In this document: in pieces, positions 12,524 to 24,000 of the stretch
How the letters are laid out: each line of letters opens with the position of its first letter
Position numbering within the stretch: position 1 is the stretch's first letter
NCBI GenBank assembly: GCA_030141605.1
Contig: JAQGDQ010000008.1
Span: 124,001-188,000, forward strand
Direction of reading: 5' to 3'
Source: Tubiluchus corallicola
Lineage: Eukaryota; Animalia; Priapulida
Length of the DNA stretch: 64,000 bases
Program-made: the position numbers and the translations under genes
Notes under the pieces: model-generated
Told to the model about the DNA's origin: nothing
The model's input: the letters and a program-made list of their open reading frames with translations, nothing else
Databases searched by the model: none

Positions 12524-13480
12524 TTCATTTCGTATTTATTTCATATTTATTTCATATTTAGTGTCTTCAAACAGATATATATACAATAAATTACATACTA
12601 ATTACAATCCAACAGTAAAATATACAGACACTACAAATACACAGTACAAACTACATATAAACAACATACATAGGCGGCAAATTATAAAAAAGAAGCAGCC
12701 TATGATAATTATAATGCAAACATACCATGGTTGTATTAGTTACATGTACTTGCTTTTGCACCGTGTAACACGTTAGTAATTAAGAGCAGAGACTCAAACA
12801 ATAGTTAATTAATAGGCCATGGGACATTCATTACCCAGTGTCATGTCTACGGAATGGTTTTTGGAGAAAATTTGTTGTCAGTTTTACAATTTCTATATCA
12901 TTACTAATCATGAGAAAAACAAATTTATTTATATCATATTACAGCAACTTTTCTTGGCTTATGATATCTCCTTTTTTCAACTTACTGTGAATGGGAGCTA
13001 AATCTAAGTTTGGTGTATTTATTTACAGCATATTTATTGAGACCAAAAAAGGTAATAGTTGTATAACTGAAAGTGCGTTTTAAAAATTCTATAGCATCGT
13101 AATTTGGTTTGATTGCCAATTATTGCTATTGTAGATATAATTTTTCCAGAATTGTACCTAATCATTCTTTATACTTTCATCCAATTTCTTGAGAAAGCAT
13201 TTACGAAAAACGACAAAAGTACCCTGGTTTTCCCAAATATGAATGAAGCCATGTGTGTGTAATATTTCTTTTACATAGCTAACCCAACAGTGAGAACTGA
13301 TAGTCATAAGTTTATTTTCTTCGTATGATTGATAAAATATTGTAACTGTCTACAATTACAATAATAATTTTATGTAACCAGTAATTAACAACGCTTCTTA
13401 TCATTTTGATTAATAAGCAAACACGCAAATCTTTTTGCTGTTCGATGTTCACCAGCAACCGTTTCACCAGCAAGAGTGTT
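12524..13480 (-). mobile_element. Decayed 3' portion of a non-LTR retrotransposon (LINE ORF2 C-terminus; RTEX/L2-like)
   Basis: Minus-strand fragments VVNYWLHKI, CWVSYVKEILHTHGFIHIWENQG, LRCYRIFKTHF and TKLRFSSH..VEKRRY match recalled post-RT LINE motifs (WxxxVKxxLxxxGFxxxWxxQ; KLxxYxxFK; TKFRxSSHxLxIExGRY). Stops and frameshifts present. Short tandem tail (AAATAAATATG)n at about 12524-12565. Confidence 0.65.
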
Positions 13481-13605
13481 AGTCTCTTGAAGGCTACAAC
13501 TCTTACTGGTTTATCTGCGATAATTAAGATTTTGCAACAGAAAAATCTTCTTGCCAGACAAATGCTTTTTAGTAATAGGAGTAGTTACAATAGAGAAAGG
13601 GCAAT

Positions 13606-13890
13606 TCCTTAGCAAGTTGTGTCTATTTTGCTGTTATCATTTAAACCTAGAAAAATATAACAAAAAATTTGCAAAAAAACTGTTTATAAAGAATAAGGTT
13701 ATTTTATACTATTGTCCTGTAGAAATTTTCAAGTGTGGTGGTAGCCGCCATTTGCTTCAAAGTTACAATGTTACTGGTAAACTTCGTGAATTTTTGTAAG
13801 TGCATAGAGGTTTTCCATAAGCGCACCAACTATCAGCGTTACAACATAGCTAACGCTCACACAAAAATATCTAAAAATTAGCTACCTAAT
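13606..13890 (+). repeat. Dispersed repeat, copy 1 (copy 2 at about 24158-24415)
   Basis: Colinear similarity between the two loci: aaatttgcaaa..aactgtttataaag..agaaattttcaag..ttccataagcgcac..aaaattagcta. Confidence 0.7.
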
Positions 13891-14419
13891 TTTTTGTAAA
13901 AATTAACATACTGTTCCGGGGCTGATTTTCGCCCAGTTTTGCGTTCAAACTTTTTCACTCACTCAAGGACACAGATATGCGGCCTGTACGTTATTTCGAG
14001 TCGCGTTAAAGTAAAACACCCCTATAAATTTAAAATGTACTAATCTTACTTGAATCGAACTTATAAATCCCGCGTTCTGATGGGCTAAAAATTTGAATAT
14101 CCACCTATTTTCATCTGCAAGGTCTATAAATACAAGTTGCTGGTGTTTGCAACGCCAAACAAGCCTACACCCGTCCTCCCAGGACTTGTTTTCCAACTGT
14201 TTCGGCATGATGTGAGGGAGTGGTGAGCCCTCAAGGGTAGATTAGCTTTCTGTGTTTTTTTATGTTTAGCCAGCTATTTGTTTCGCTTATGAGAAGAACA
14301 CTCCATTTAGCAGTAACATTTTAATTTTGAAATCTCGAACCGCCCACCGATAGCACTAGTTCAAAACGTCCAGGGGTAATTACTAAGATACTGGCGGCGA
14401 GAACCCGACGGAGGAACGC

Positions 14420-14437
14420 TGGTGTCAGAAGTGGGAT
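14420..14437 (+). other. Primer-binding site complementary to the 3' end of tRNA-Leu
   Basis: TGGTGTCAGAAGTGGGAT is the reverse complement of ATCCCACTTCTGACACCA, the 3' end of metazoan tRNA-Leu(CAA) as recalled. It follows directly on the LTR end. Confidence 0.85.
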
Positions 14438-16338
14438 AGGGTAGGATCATCGAATGTTCCTGCTGGTGTTTCTGGAGTTTTGTCTAGTTCTCGTTGGATG
14501 ATCTTTGTTGGATGTTGAATTTCTCAGGCGCTTTCAGATTCTTTCATGCATCGTGAACCAGAGGCATTTGAGCCATATGACACTCTCGTCAAGAAACCTG
14601 TTTCGGTTTCTTCACCACCACCCCACCCCCGCCCCACTGGTACAGATACTTTCAGTAGCTCAGGCTCCGCGCTTCCCCTGTGTGAAAATTCAAGGAGTGA
14701 ACCCTCTTTTTGCTGCGCCTGGTGTTGCATTCCTCACATTCGTTTTGATAACCACCCAAGCATCTACGGTGGTTCATCAGCCCCATCACCCCCATCCTAT
14801 GAAGTTGTAAGTAATCGCGACAAGTCTAATCTCTCCCCTTTTACTTGTTCAGATTACGCGCTCAAAATGTAGCTGGTCACCCTACTGGAAGTTCTACAAC
14901 CCGACTTGGTGATGATGCTTTTCATTCTTTGCCCCTTTTTAACGGCGAAACCTCCAACTGGAAAAGCTATGAGGCCCAATTTCAATTATTAAAAACCGCT
15001 AATTTTTGAAATGACATTGAAGCTGGCACTCGCTTAACGCTTAAACTTAAATGTAGCGCCATTGGTGTAATTCCATCTGCTCAGCTTTCTAGCTACTCAG
15101 TTTTCAGCAGCACTCAAACGACATTACGGTACACCGCCCTGGCGAAGACTTAACGACAGTATGCTGAACAACTACGTGGCCTTTACCACCTTGCTTATCC
15201 ACAAGTTGACACTGAAACTGCTGAACCGCAACTTGTTCCCAAATTTGTCTGTGGATTGCTTGATACTGAGTTAGCCATTTGCGTGCAACAAAGTACTCCC
15301 ACTAACCTAGCCAGTGCCCTAGCTACAGCTGTGACCGTAGAATCAATACGCTCTTCTGCTCGAGGACGAACTTCCCCTGGTTCAGCACCCCCTACTGACA
15401 AGAACACTGCAGCTAAAGCTCAGCAGCCCCACCTCAGTAATTTTTTCTCAAAATGTTCCTGCTTCCAGATGGAATTCACCTTCAAAACTGAGAACAACAG
15501 ACTATAGGTGTTTTACTCAGCCTCTGTTAGGTTCTCGCCCTTCAATGCCCTTTACTGGCGTTTCTTATAAACAACTTCCTTGTTTTAGATCCGACGGTCT
15601 AGGGCACTTTGCACGTGAATGTCCATCACCATCTTCTACCCATACCAATACAGAAACACTTGTGTTTTTCTGCAGTCGTAATGAACGTTCCTGAAATCGT
15701 TTTAGTGCGACAAACAAACAGCCTGCACCTCGCTTTCCAAACAACTTGACTTCTGCTAGGAATAGATACTCGTCTTCACAAGAATCTTTTTATGTTAGCC
15801 CTCATGGCGCGTGTCGTCCGTTTCGTAAATTTCCGCATAATGTACGGCCACTCTGTGTTAGCAGTAATGAAACAAAAAAACCAGTTCTGTTAGAAATGTT
15901 CGTGTAAAACAGCACTTAAGAAATTCAGCTGCTAGCACGACGGTATCTACCCGATGTTCAAAAATTCACACAAAACAGCATGTTAATGCTTAGGTGAATA
16001 ACAACAACCAGAAAGGCACACTTGGCACAATGTTCGGACAAGAGTTGAGGCTTCCTGTTGAGGGCCCCTTCTAATTTTGACTGCCCTAATTTTGCTGGGT
16101 ATATAAAAACTTTAGAAAATCAACTTCATCACGTACATCATTTTATATGTCAAAACTTGCATCTTACTGGTGAAAATATGCGCCGTGGTTATGATGTATG
16201 AGTTTATGTTATGACGTTTGATTACTTTTGCTCCTGGAGAAAAGATCTGGTTCTTTAACCTCCAGAGAAAGGTCGGTAAGAGTCCCAAACGCCAGTCGGA
16301 CTAGCAAGGTCCATATGATGTTGTTTCCAAACTTTCTG

Positions 16339-16626
16339 AATTTGAATACCTACCTATTTTTACCTGCAAAGTCTATAAATACTAGTGCCACATCCTGTTT
16401 CCTGGAGTTCAGTGGTTGCTGGTGTTTGCAACGCCAAAAAGGACAAGCCTACACCCGTTCTCCCAGGACTTGTTTTCCAACTGTTTCGGCATGATGTGAG
16501 GGAGTGGTGAGCCCTCAAGGGTAGATTAGCTTTCTGTGTTTTTTTTTTGTTGTTGTTGTTGTTTAGCCAGTTATTTGTTTCAGTTATGATATAGAAAACT
16601 CTATTTAACAGTAATATTTTAGTTTT
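16339..16626 (+). repeat. Truncated 3' LTR (matches about 14089-14330)
   Basis: Near-identical block caagcctacacccg..ccaggacttgttttccaactgtttcggcatgatgtgagggagtggtgagccctcaagggtagattagctttctgtg in both copies. Confidence 0.9.
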
Positions 16627-17109
16627 ACAAAATTATGGCCAAGATTATGGTCGGGCCTTATACCATTCTTTTAAAGCTGGTGAATGTCTCCCAGTTGCTT
16701 GGTTTGTTAGTTTCGTTTCAGGATGCTGATCTCAAGGATGCTGATGCCTCTCGTCCTCTTAACATTTTTCGCGAACGTTGAAATATAGGCCCCCAGAAGG
16801 CGCTTGAAATTAATTAATTCTGCTATTCTATGCATACAATATAAACTGTGAGCAAAAGCAGGGTAACTGCGTCAGTAATTCCTGCATGTAATGACTTACT
16901 ATAAATCTAGCTAAAGCAAAAGTATTAAATGTTTCGCTGAGGGAAGTCGCCTCTGTGTTAACGTCGACGAAGCATGCATTTTAATAGGAGAATGACGCTG
17001 GTAGTTTGTTTCGTTTAAAGTGTTTTATTTGATTTAATTAATTTAAATAATTAATTTTATTTTATTAATTCAGCAATACTTTGATGTAATAAATTGTTCT
17101 GCATTATGT

Positions 17110-17400
17110 GAAATCAATTGTAATAATCGTGATACATTTAATCTGACTAGATTTTTTGTAAGTAAGTTTAGTATGTGAATTCATTATAATCGTGGTACAT
17201 TTTATCACAATAGATTTTTTGTGAGTAAAAACTTAATAAGCGAATTCAGTATAATCATCGTATACATTTAATCAGACTAAATTTTTTGTGAGTAAAACTC
17301 AGTAAAAGTTTAATATGTAAATTCAGTTTATAATCACCGTCATACATTTAAACAGACTAGGTTTTTTCATGAATAAAGTTTAGCTTACAAATTCAGTGTA
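17110..17400. repeat. Degenerate tandem repeat, about 62-75 bp unit, 4-5 copies
   Basis: Recurring ataatc..tacatttaatcagactag.tttttgtgagtaa..gaattcag. Confidence 0.8.
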
Positions 17401-17459
17401 AATGTGTTAGATTGTCGTCTTATATAAATCATACGAATATATCTGAAAAAGAAAACCAA

Positions 17460-17700
17460 TATAGCTACATTAACCCTGCTGTAGGATTTATGTAGAATAA
17501 CTACATTAATTTTTCCATAGAATTTATGTAGAATAACTATGTTAATTCTACATAGAATCTATCTAGAATAGCTTTGTTAATTCTACCGTAGAATTTACAC
17601 TAAAATTCTATGTTAAATCTACAGTGCAGCATACACAGAAAACACTACATGTATGTAGAATCTACCGTAGAACAAAAAGACATTATGCATGTAGATTCTG
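17460..17700. repeat. Degenerate minisatellite, about 35 bp unit
   Basis: Recurring tagaatttatgtagaataactacattaatt-type units. Confidence 0.7.
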
Positions 17701-18000
17701 CTTAGCCTTTCTTCTGTAGCTTGTATCATCAAAGTTATGTTCATTCTACGTAGCTGCGCTACTTGTGTAATATAACTAGTGTGCATGATTGTGCAACTCA
17801 TAATCTTTAAAACTGTGAAGCAGCAACCAGCATACAAATTTACTTGACTGAGCTTGAGCACGATTGGTTCTTCCTGACGAGTGACGATGAATTTACTTGT
17901 AAATAAGACTGGGCGTGGGTGACAACAGCAATATCGTTGGCCTCTGTGCAACTTCGGAATCTGAATCTTTGGAAAATTGAAGATTGCGTTGATTGCAAAT

Positions 18001-21000
18001 ATGTCTGTCGCGGGAAAGGAACAGTGCCCTATTTGTGAAAAATTGTTTGCATTGCAAGTTTTAAACCAACACGCAAATGAATGCATAGCACAGGCTAGCA
18101 GCACACCATACAAAAGTAATTTTTAAATGATATTTTTCCTAGAAGCCTCAGTGTCAGTTTGGTTAGTGAAGCCATTTTTGTATCTAAACTCTAGCAAAAA
18201 TCAAGACTGTGCATGCACTACGTTTGTAGTATGATGTAGCGTTAAAAACTTAAGCCAATTCTGTTGCTTTGACGTCATGCTTTTGAAGTTTAAAACATAA
18301 ATAATTGATCTTTGCAGATTATCTAGACTGAAGTAATTCTAGATCTGCTTTCATAGAAAAGTATTGGCTTTTTAAAGCCAGGACAAGAAAAGGAGTACCT
18401 AAAGTAGGTTTCAGAAAAATCGCCTTAAAAAACTATATTATTTTACGGCAATTTTATGTGTATATCCTACTCGCGCTGAAAGGATTTTTTGTTTGTTTTC
18501 ATTTTAAATCTCCCGCAATACTATTCTGACTACGCGATTGCATGACGTCACCTACGCACAACGTAAATCACCAGAAGAAAAGGCAATATTAAAATTGTGT
18601 CCCAAAAAACTTTCCGTACAAATCTATATTACTTAGCATTTCACTTACATGCTAGAAAGACTTGTGTAACTAAAAATAATAATTTAAAATGTTTGTGCCA
18701 ATTGGTAAAATGTCGCTGACTCACCTCGCAAGGTGTGCCACTCACTAGCCAAAAAACATATTTTTTATCTTATTGACAAGATACAGTTATTCAAAATTTT
18801 ACTTAGTTAGCAACATGTATGCTACGAATGCTCTGATTATTTTTTCAAACATTATTCAGTGTTATCTAAACTTGTTTCAAACGACCTACCATCAAAATGG
18901 CTCACCTAACGGTCGCCGCAGAAGTTTAAATTTACACGTTTTATACAGTGTTATGGCCGATGCAAGCCCTGCATGCAAAAAGTAGTATGTAAGGGGTATA
19001 AAATTTCGAGACGAATTTTTTAAACTTTATGTAAGTGGAGGGTTTTCTTGTGCTTTGAAGCATTGCCGTCTTGAAGTCTCTTAATCTGTCCTTAAAAAGG
19101 TTTAAATTTCATGCTCTAACAACACTCTCTGTAGAACTATTCCACTTGTCCACCACACGGTGAGAAAAGAACGTACTCTTTGTACCCTTGGCCTTGCAAT
19201 TAGTTCTTGCGTAGGGTTTGAACACCTTCTTAGAATACTGTGAGTGGACTGTAGAGATGCAGTTTTAAATAGTTCCTCATATGAAACAAGTTTATTTCCA
19301 TTCAGGTATTTATGCAATATACCTGCTGCTGTAAAGAGCATGTTTCTGTGTGCAAAGTCAGCATGTACAACACAAACGCACCTGCCTTGAAATTTTGCAA
19401 ACGCTTGATGTCAGACTGAAATGAAGGAGACCAGATTGTGCTTGAATTCCAGTATGGGTCATCCGCAGCCCTTATATAGAGTTAATTTGGCTCACAATTA
19501 ACAAAATATGTGTTGCTCAAACCAGGCATTCTCTTTGGTTTCATACATATTATAGTAATATGAGCAGAAGATTTAAGGTCATGTGAAATAATTACACCAA
19601 GATCATTATGTTACATTTGTTAACTCTTTGCCATTCAGATAATACAGTGCTGGAAGCTTGTATAAATCGTAATATAGACCCATGTGGAACTCTGTTTGTA
19701 ATATGACACTACAAAAAATTGTGCCAATGTTCTACATGAAATATCTTGAAAATGAAAGCTCAGTAAATGAATAACCTGTTCCACTTGGTGCCAATGCTGT
19801 CTAACTGCAATGTTACTTTCACGAAAAAGTTGCAATGCTGTCGTTTTCTGTGCTAGGGATGTAAACACCTAAACCAATTCGCACTTTTTTCCAAGGTGGT
19901 GCGTTTAGCTGCATGATATTTGAGATAAATGCACACGATTGGTCGACGAAGCCTCATTGATGCTTTGTGGAGTTTATGCTTTTTAAGATGGTACTATGAG
20001 TTTACGTGTCACCAAAGAAAGACCTCATAAAGCTTAATAAAATGAATTACCACTGTGGCACATCACTGTACATATTTCTACTTGTGACTAGTATGTAATC
20101 TACCAATGAAACTAGCAAACTATGTGATTAATTTAGTCTAAATGTTACCGGTTTTCTATAATAAAAATTGCCTTAATAGACTTTGTGCTACCTACTGTAA
20201 TGCTATTATAATACAGTAGGCGCCGCTTAATAGACTCACTGCGGGATCAAAGTGTTTTGACCCAATTAACCGATGGGTGTAGTATTACCGGTATAGAAGT
20301 TTGAGTCATCAGCTTAGTATGCACTGCAAAGGCTTTTACTGAATTTTAGAAACAATGTAATGCTTAAATTTATGCAGTTAAAAATTTAAAAAAATATTTT
20401 AAAATATTAATTTATATAAGTGAATTAGCAACAAATTAAAAAGTATACTTTTCTAAATCATTTGCAAAAATGACAAAAATTCCTTCAAAAAGTCGGCTGC
20501 TTCATTTTATTGCGAAAAAGTTGGTTCACAAAGTTCTCGTAATTATAAAAACATTGAAAATCTGTTGCTGTGTGATGCATGTATTTTCGTAAAACATTTA
20601 ACACTTGGCATGCTTGAGCTGTAGTTTTTCAACTTCTTAACCCTATGCTCTTATTTGCTGTATGCTGTTTACTCTTGTAAGTCACAAGGAATACTGGCTC
20701 ACTACTGTACTTGCATCTTTGATTGTTAGCTGATTAAACATGGAAGCGTTTCTAAAGGAAACTGTAGACAAGTGATTAATTGTTTAGCTTCCAGAAATTC
20801 TTAGATAACGAGGTTAATTGCAGTGAAAAAGCGGGTAACAGATTCAAAGCAAAGCCGCTACGTTAGCATATTAGCGCATGATATACGTGCCTGCTTACAA
20901 ATAAAAACTGTACTTAACATGACTGTTTCTACTTATACTATAGTGCATAAATGCGAAGCAAAGATCATGACATAAAAGTAGTAAAGGCTCTTTGGGCACA

Positions 21001-24000
21001 TACATATGTCTCATTTTAAGTATGTGAGGAAGAAATACTGAGTCAATTATGCAGAGTTATTTGAGTCAATTACCAACAATTTTTATGTGCATGTGAATAG
21101 GATTAACCGTGAGTCTGTTAAGCGGCGCCTACTGTATGTGCAAGGCTCTGTGTTATTTTTAAGCCAATTTCTGCAAGTCAGTTTGAGTGTTAGTTGCTTA
21201 TCAGTATAGATCTCGGCGGAGTCTCGATAGGTCAGTTTTGATGCCGATCTCGATCTCATAATTTTAAATGGGCCGAGAAATTGAAAACACTGGCTTGCAC
21301 TTGTGGGCTGCTAATTAAGTGTCTAAGCTGACATTTAATTATAAGAAACAGTTTAATAATATTTAAAATTATTTTAAATTATAGGCAAAATGAATGCCTT
21401 GTCAAAAAAAATGCCCTGTTTTCCTTTAAAAGGACTATTATGATTGCAGTTTTTGTCTTGAAGTAGTTTAATCAGCATGCCTACTATCAGTACTGCAGAT
21501 TGCATTTAAGACTGCAGATGTTGGTAAAAGATGCAAATTGTACAATTTAGTATTTTTTAGTTTGTTGGCTAACATTAATACTTCTGTATTATTTACTTTA
21601 CTGTACTCATTCTTAATATAATTAACATAAGTATTAATGCTAAAAGTTAGGGTCCTTAAGGAAAGTTTATTGTTATATGATAATGACTTCAATGTTTCAC
21701 TTTATTTAGACATGGAAAACAGAAAAGTCGAAAGATATGATATTACTGGTGGTGGTGTACCATCTAAAACCTCAAAGCAAACTAATCGGTTTCATCCATT
21801 TTTTGACAAGCCCAAACCAGCTCATTCGACTCAGTGGGGAAACCGCTCCAACAATGGTCCAAAATCTGTTTCTTCGAGTAACCTACATAACGCAGACACA
21901 ACACACACCACAAGTGGCATTTCCGAGAGTCTGCAAAGCTCATTTACAACCTTACCAACACAGCAACAGAAGATCACCTTTCAACCACTTGCACAACGAA
22001 TGCGACCACTGTGCCTTCGGGATTATTTTGGGCAGGAACATGCTGTTGGGAAGAATACGTTACTAGGTTCACTCCTAGAAACAGAAGACATCCCTTCAAT
22101 GATACTGTGGGGTCCGCCTGGCTGTGGAAAGGTAATAAACACTAGAAATGGTTGAATGGAACCTTTTATAGCTTTTTACATATAAGTATTTGCTACCAAT
22201 AATGCTACCATATATTTGATAATTGAAAATAACTCACATTATATAATGTACATTATATTTTTTACATACAGTTCAATTTTCAGTAGTGCACGTCCTATAG
22301 TAAACTTCTACTAATTGCATATGTATTTTACTGTGCATTCTAAAGTTCATTTATTTATTTATTTATTTGGAAAAGGTATGGCTTTTTATATTGCATACTT
22401 TGTCAGAAACGAACTTTTTTGAATGAGTAAGTATTAAGGCGGAAGCATCAATAAATTTCATTTGTGATTTTCCAGACAACTTTAGCCAGAATTATTGCAG
22501 AAAAATCCAAAATGCACAGCCAAAGTCGATTTGTACAGCTATCTGCCACAACTTCTGGCATTGCTGATGTAAAACAAGTAGCAAAAGTTGCCTTAAATGA
22601 CCAGAAAATGTTCAAACGAAAAACCATTTTGTTCATTGATGAGATACATCGATTTAACAAGTTACAACAGGTATGTTACATCCTTAAGAACATTAGTGTA
22701 GCCAGAAATTGCACCATTAAGTGAATCATTGTTAAACGAAGTCATGCTATCTTAGAGAGTAATTTAATTGTGTGGGGATGTATTCCAATCTAATACAAAT
22801 CAGTGTTTTACGAGTTTTGTTGTTTGTATTCCTACTCTATTTAGCCAAATATAAAAAATAATTATGATAATACTGTGACTGTACACTTTACCTAAAATTA
22901 CCATAGTGCTAAATAGTAACTTGCAAAATTTAACACACTACTAAAATTCGCTAATTATTTTAGGAGAATTGGCTTCAGTTTTCATGTGCATTAACTCGTC
23001 TTTCACATTATTTTAATAAAATATAAAAAAACACTGGGTTATATTAGACAGTTGACAGTGAAATCCTGCAGCCTGTCTCGGAACAAACAGTGATCAAAGT
23101 AGCTAATGTTCCAGCTACAATTTAACTAGTTACATTTTTCTGAATAACTTTTTAATGCGTTGCAAATTTAACGATTGCAAATTTTTCGTAGCTTACCCCA
23201 CACTGAATGACAGCCAGCCTTAAAGCTATTTCTGTCACTGTTTTTGATAAGTCATGCTGCATTCTAAAGTAAAATTCAGTATTGTGAGAATTTAAAAATT
23301 AATGTTTTACCTCTGTTTCAAAAGTTTCCCTATTATATTTTAGGATGCATTCCTTCCTCATGTTGAAAATGGAACCATTACTCTGATAGGTGCAACTACG
23401 GAGAATCCGTCATTTCAAGTCAACTCTGCTTTGCTAAGTCGATGTCGTGTAATAGTTCTCAACAAACTTTCCATTGAAGATATCATGAACATTTTAACAA
23501 GAACATTAAAAGTACTAAATATTGAAATTCTCAACAGTGACTGTGATATTTCATGTTTGGAGTTGAATAATGACAAGTAAGAAATAAATTAATTTCTTGG
23601 GAACAGCTTAGTTTGCAAGGCATGTTGATCGATTGGTCTGTTTTTCAAGCCATTGACTGATTGCTTAGTTGGTCATATAGTCAGTTGGTTGAATTGTTAA
23701 TTAGTTAACAGGCTTTGATTACTGTTTTGGTAATTGTTTGTATTTATTTGTTGCCATTGCTTTTAGTTGTTGTTTTTCTTTTTTCCTCATTTTCTCTCAA
23801 TTTGTATGGTTGACATTCATTACATAGTAAATTGGTATTGAGTCAAAAAATATGCTCACTCAGACCACTTATGTTCATGTTTTTTGCATCATGAGTTGCG
23901 AGATCGCAGAGTGTCATAGTAGAAAGATGTGTTGATAAGCTAAGTGTGCCTAAAATGTCAGCAGAATTTACATAGGCAATTGTATGTGGCAGCAAAGCCT

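Larger units (their letters stand above)
13912..16626 (+). mobile_element. Internally deleted, decayed Gypsy (Ty3) LTR retrotransposon
   Basis: 5' LTR about 13912-14418 (TGTTCC...GGAACG); PBS 14420-14437; gag remnants PLFNGETSNWKSYEAQFQ, FVCGLLDTEL..PTNLASALATA; zinc knuckle CFRSDGLGHFARECP at 15581-15625; integrase tail MFGQELRLP and GEKIWFFN..KSPK..QGPYDVV; partial 3' LTR about 16339-16626. No protease, RT or RNase H visible. Confidence 0.85.

Noticed and set aside
17110-17700. Repeat arrays as a possible CRISPR array
   Set aside because: Units are degenerate along their whole length, with no unique spacers, no cas genes and a eukaryotic context.
17619-18113. 164-aa minus-strand ORF
   Set aside because: Antisense to WRNIP1 exon 1 and its promoter; no recognisable motifs.
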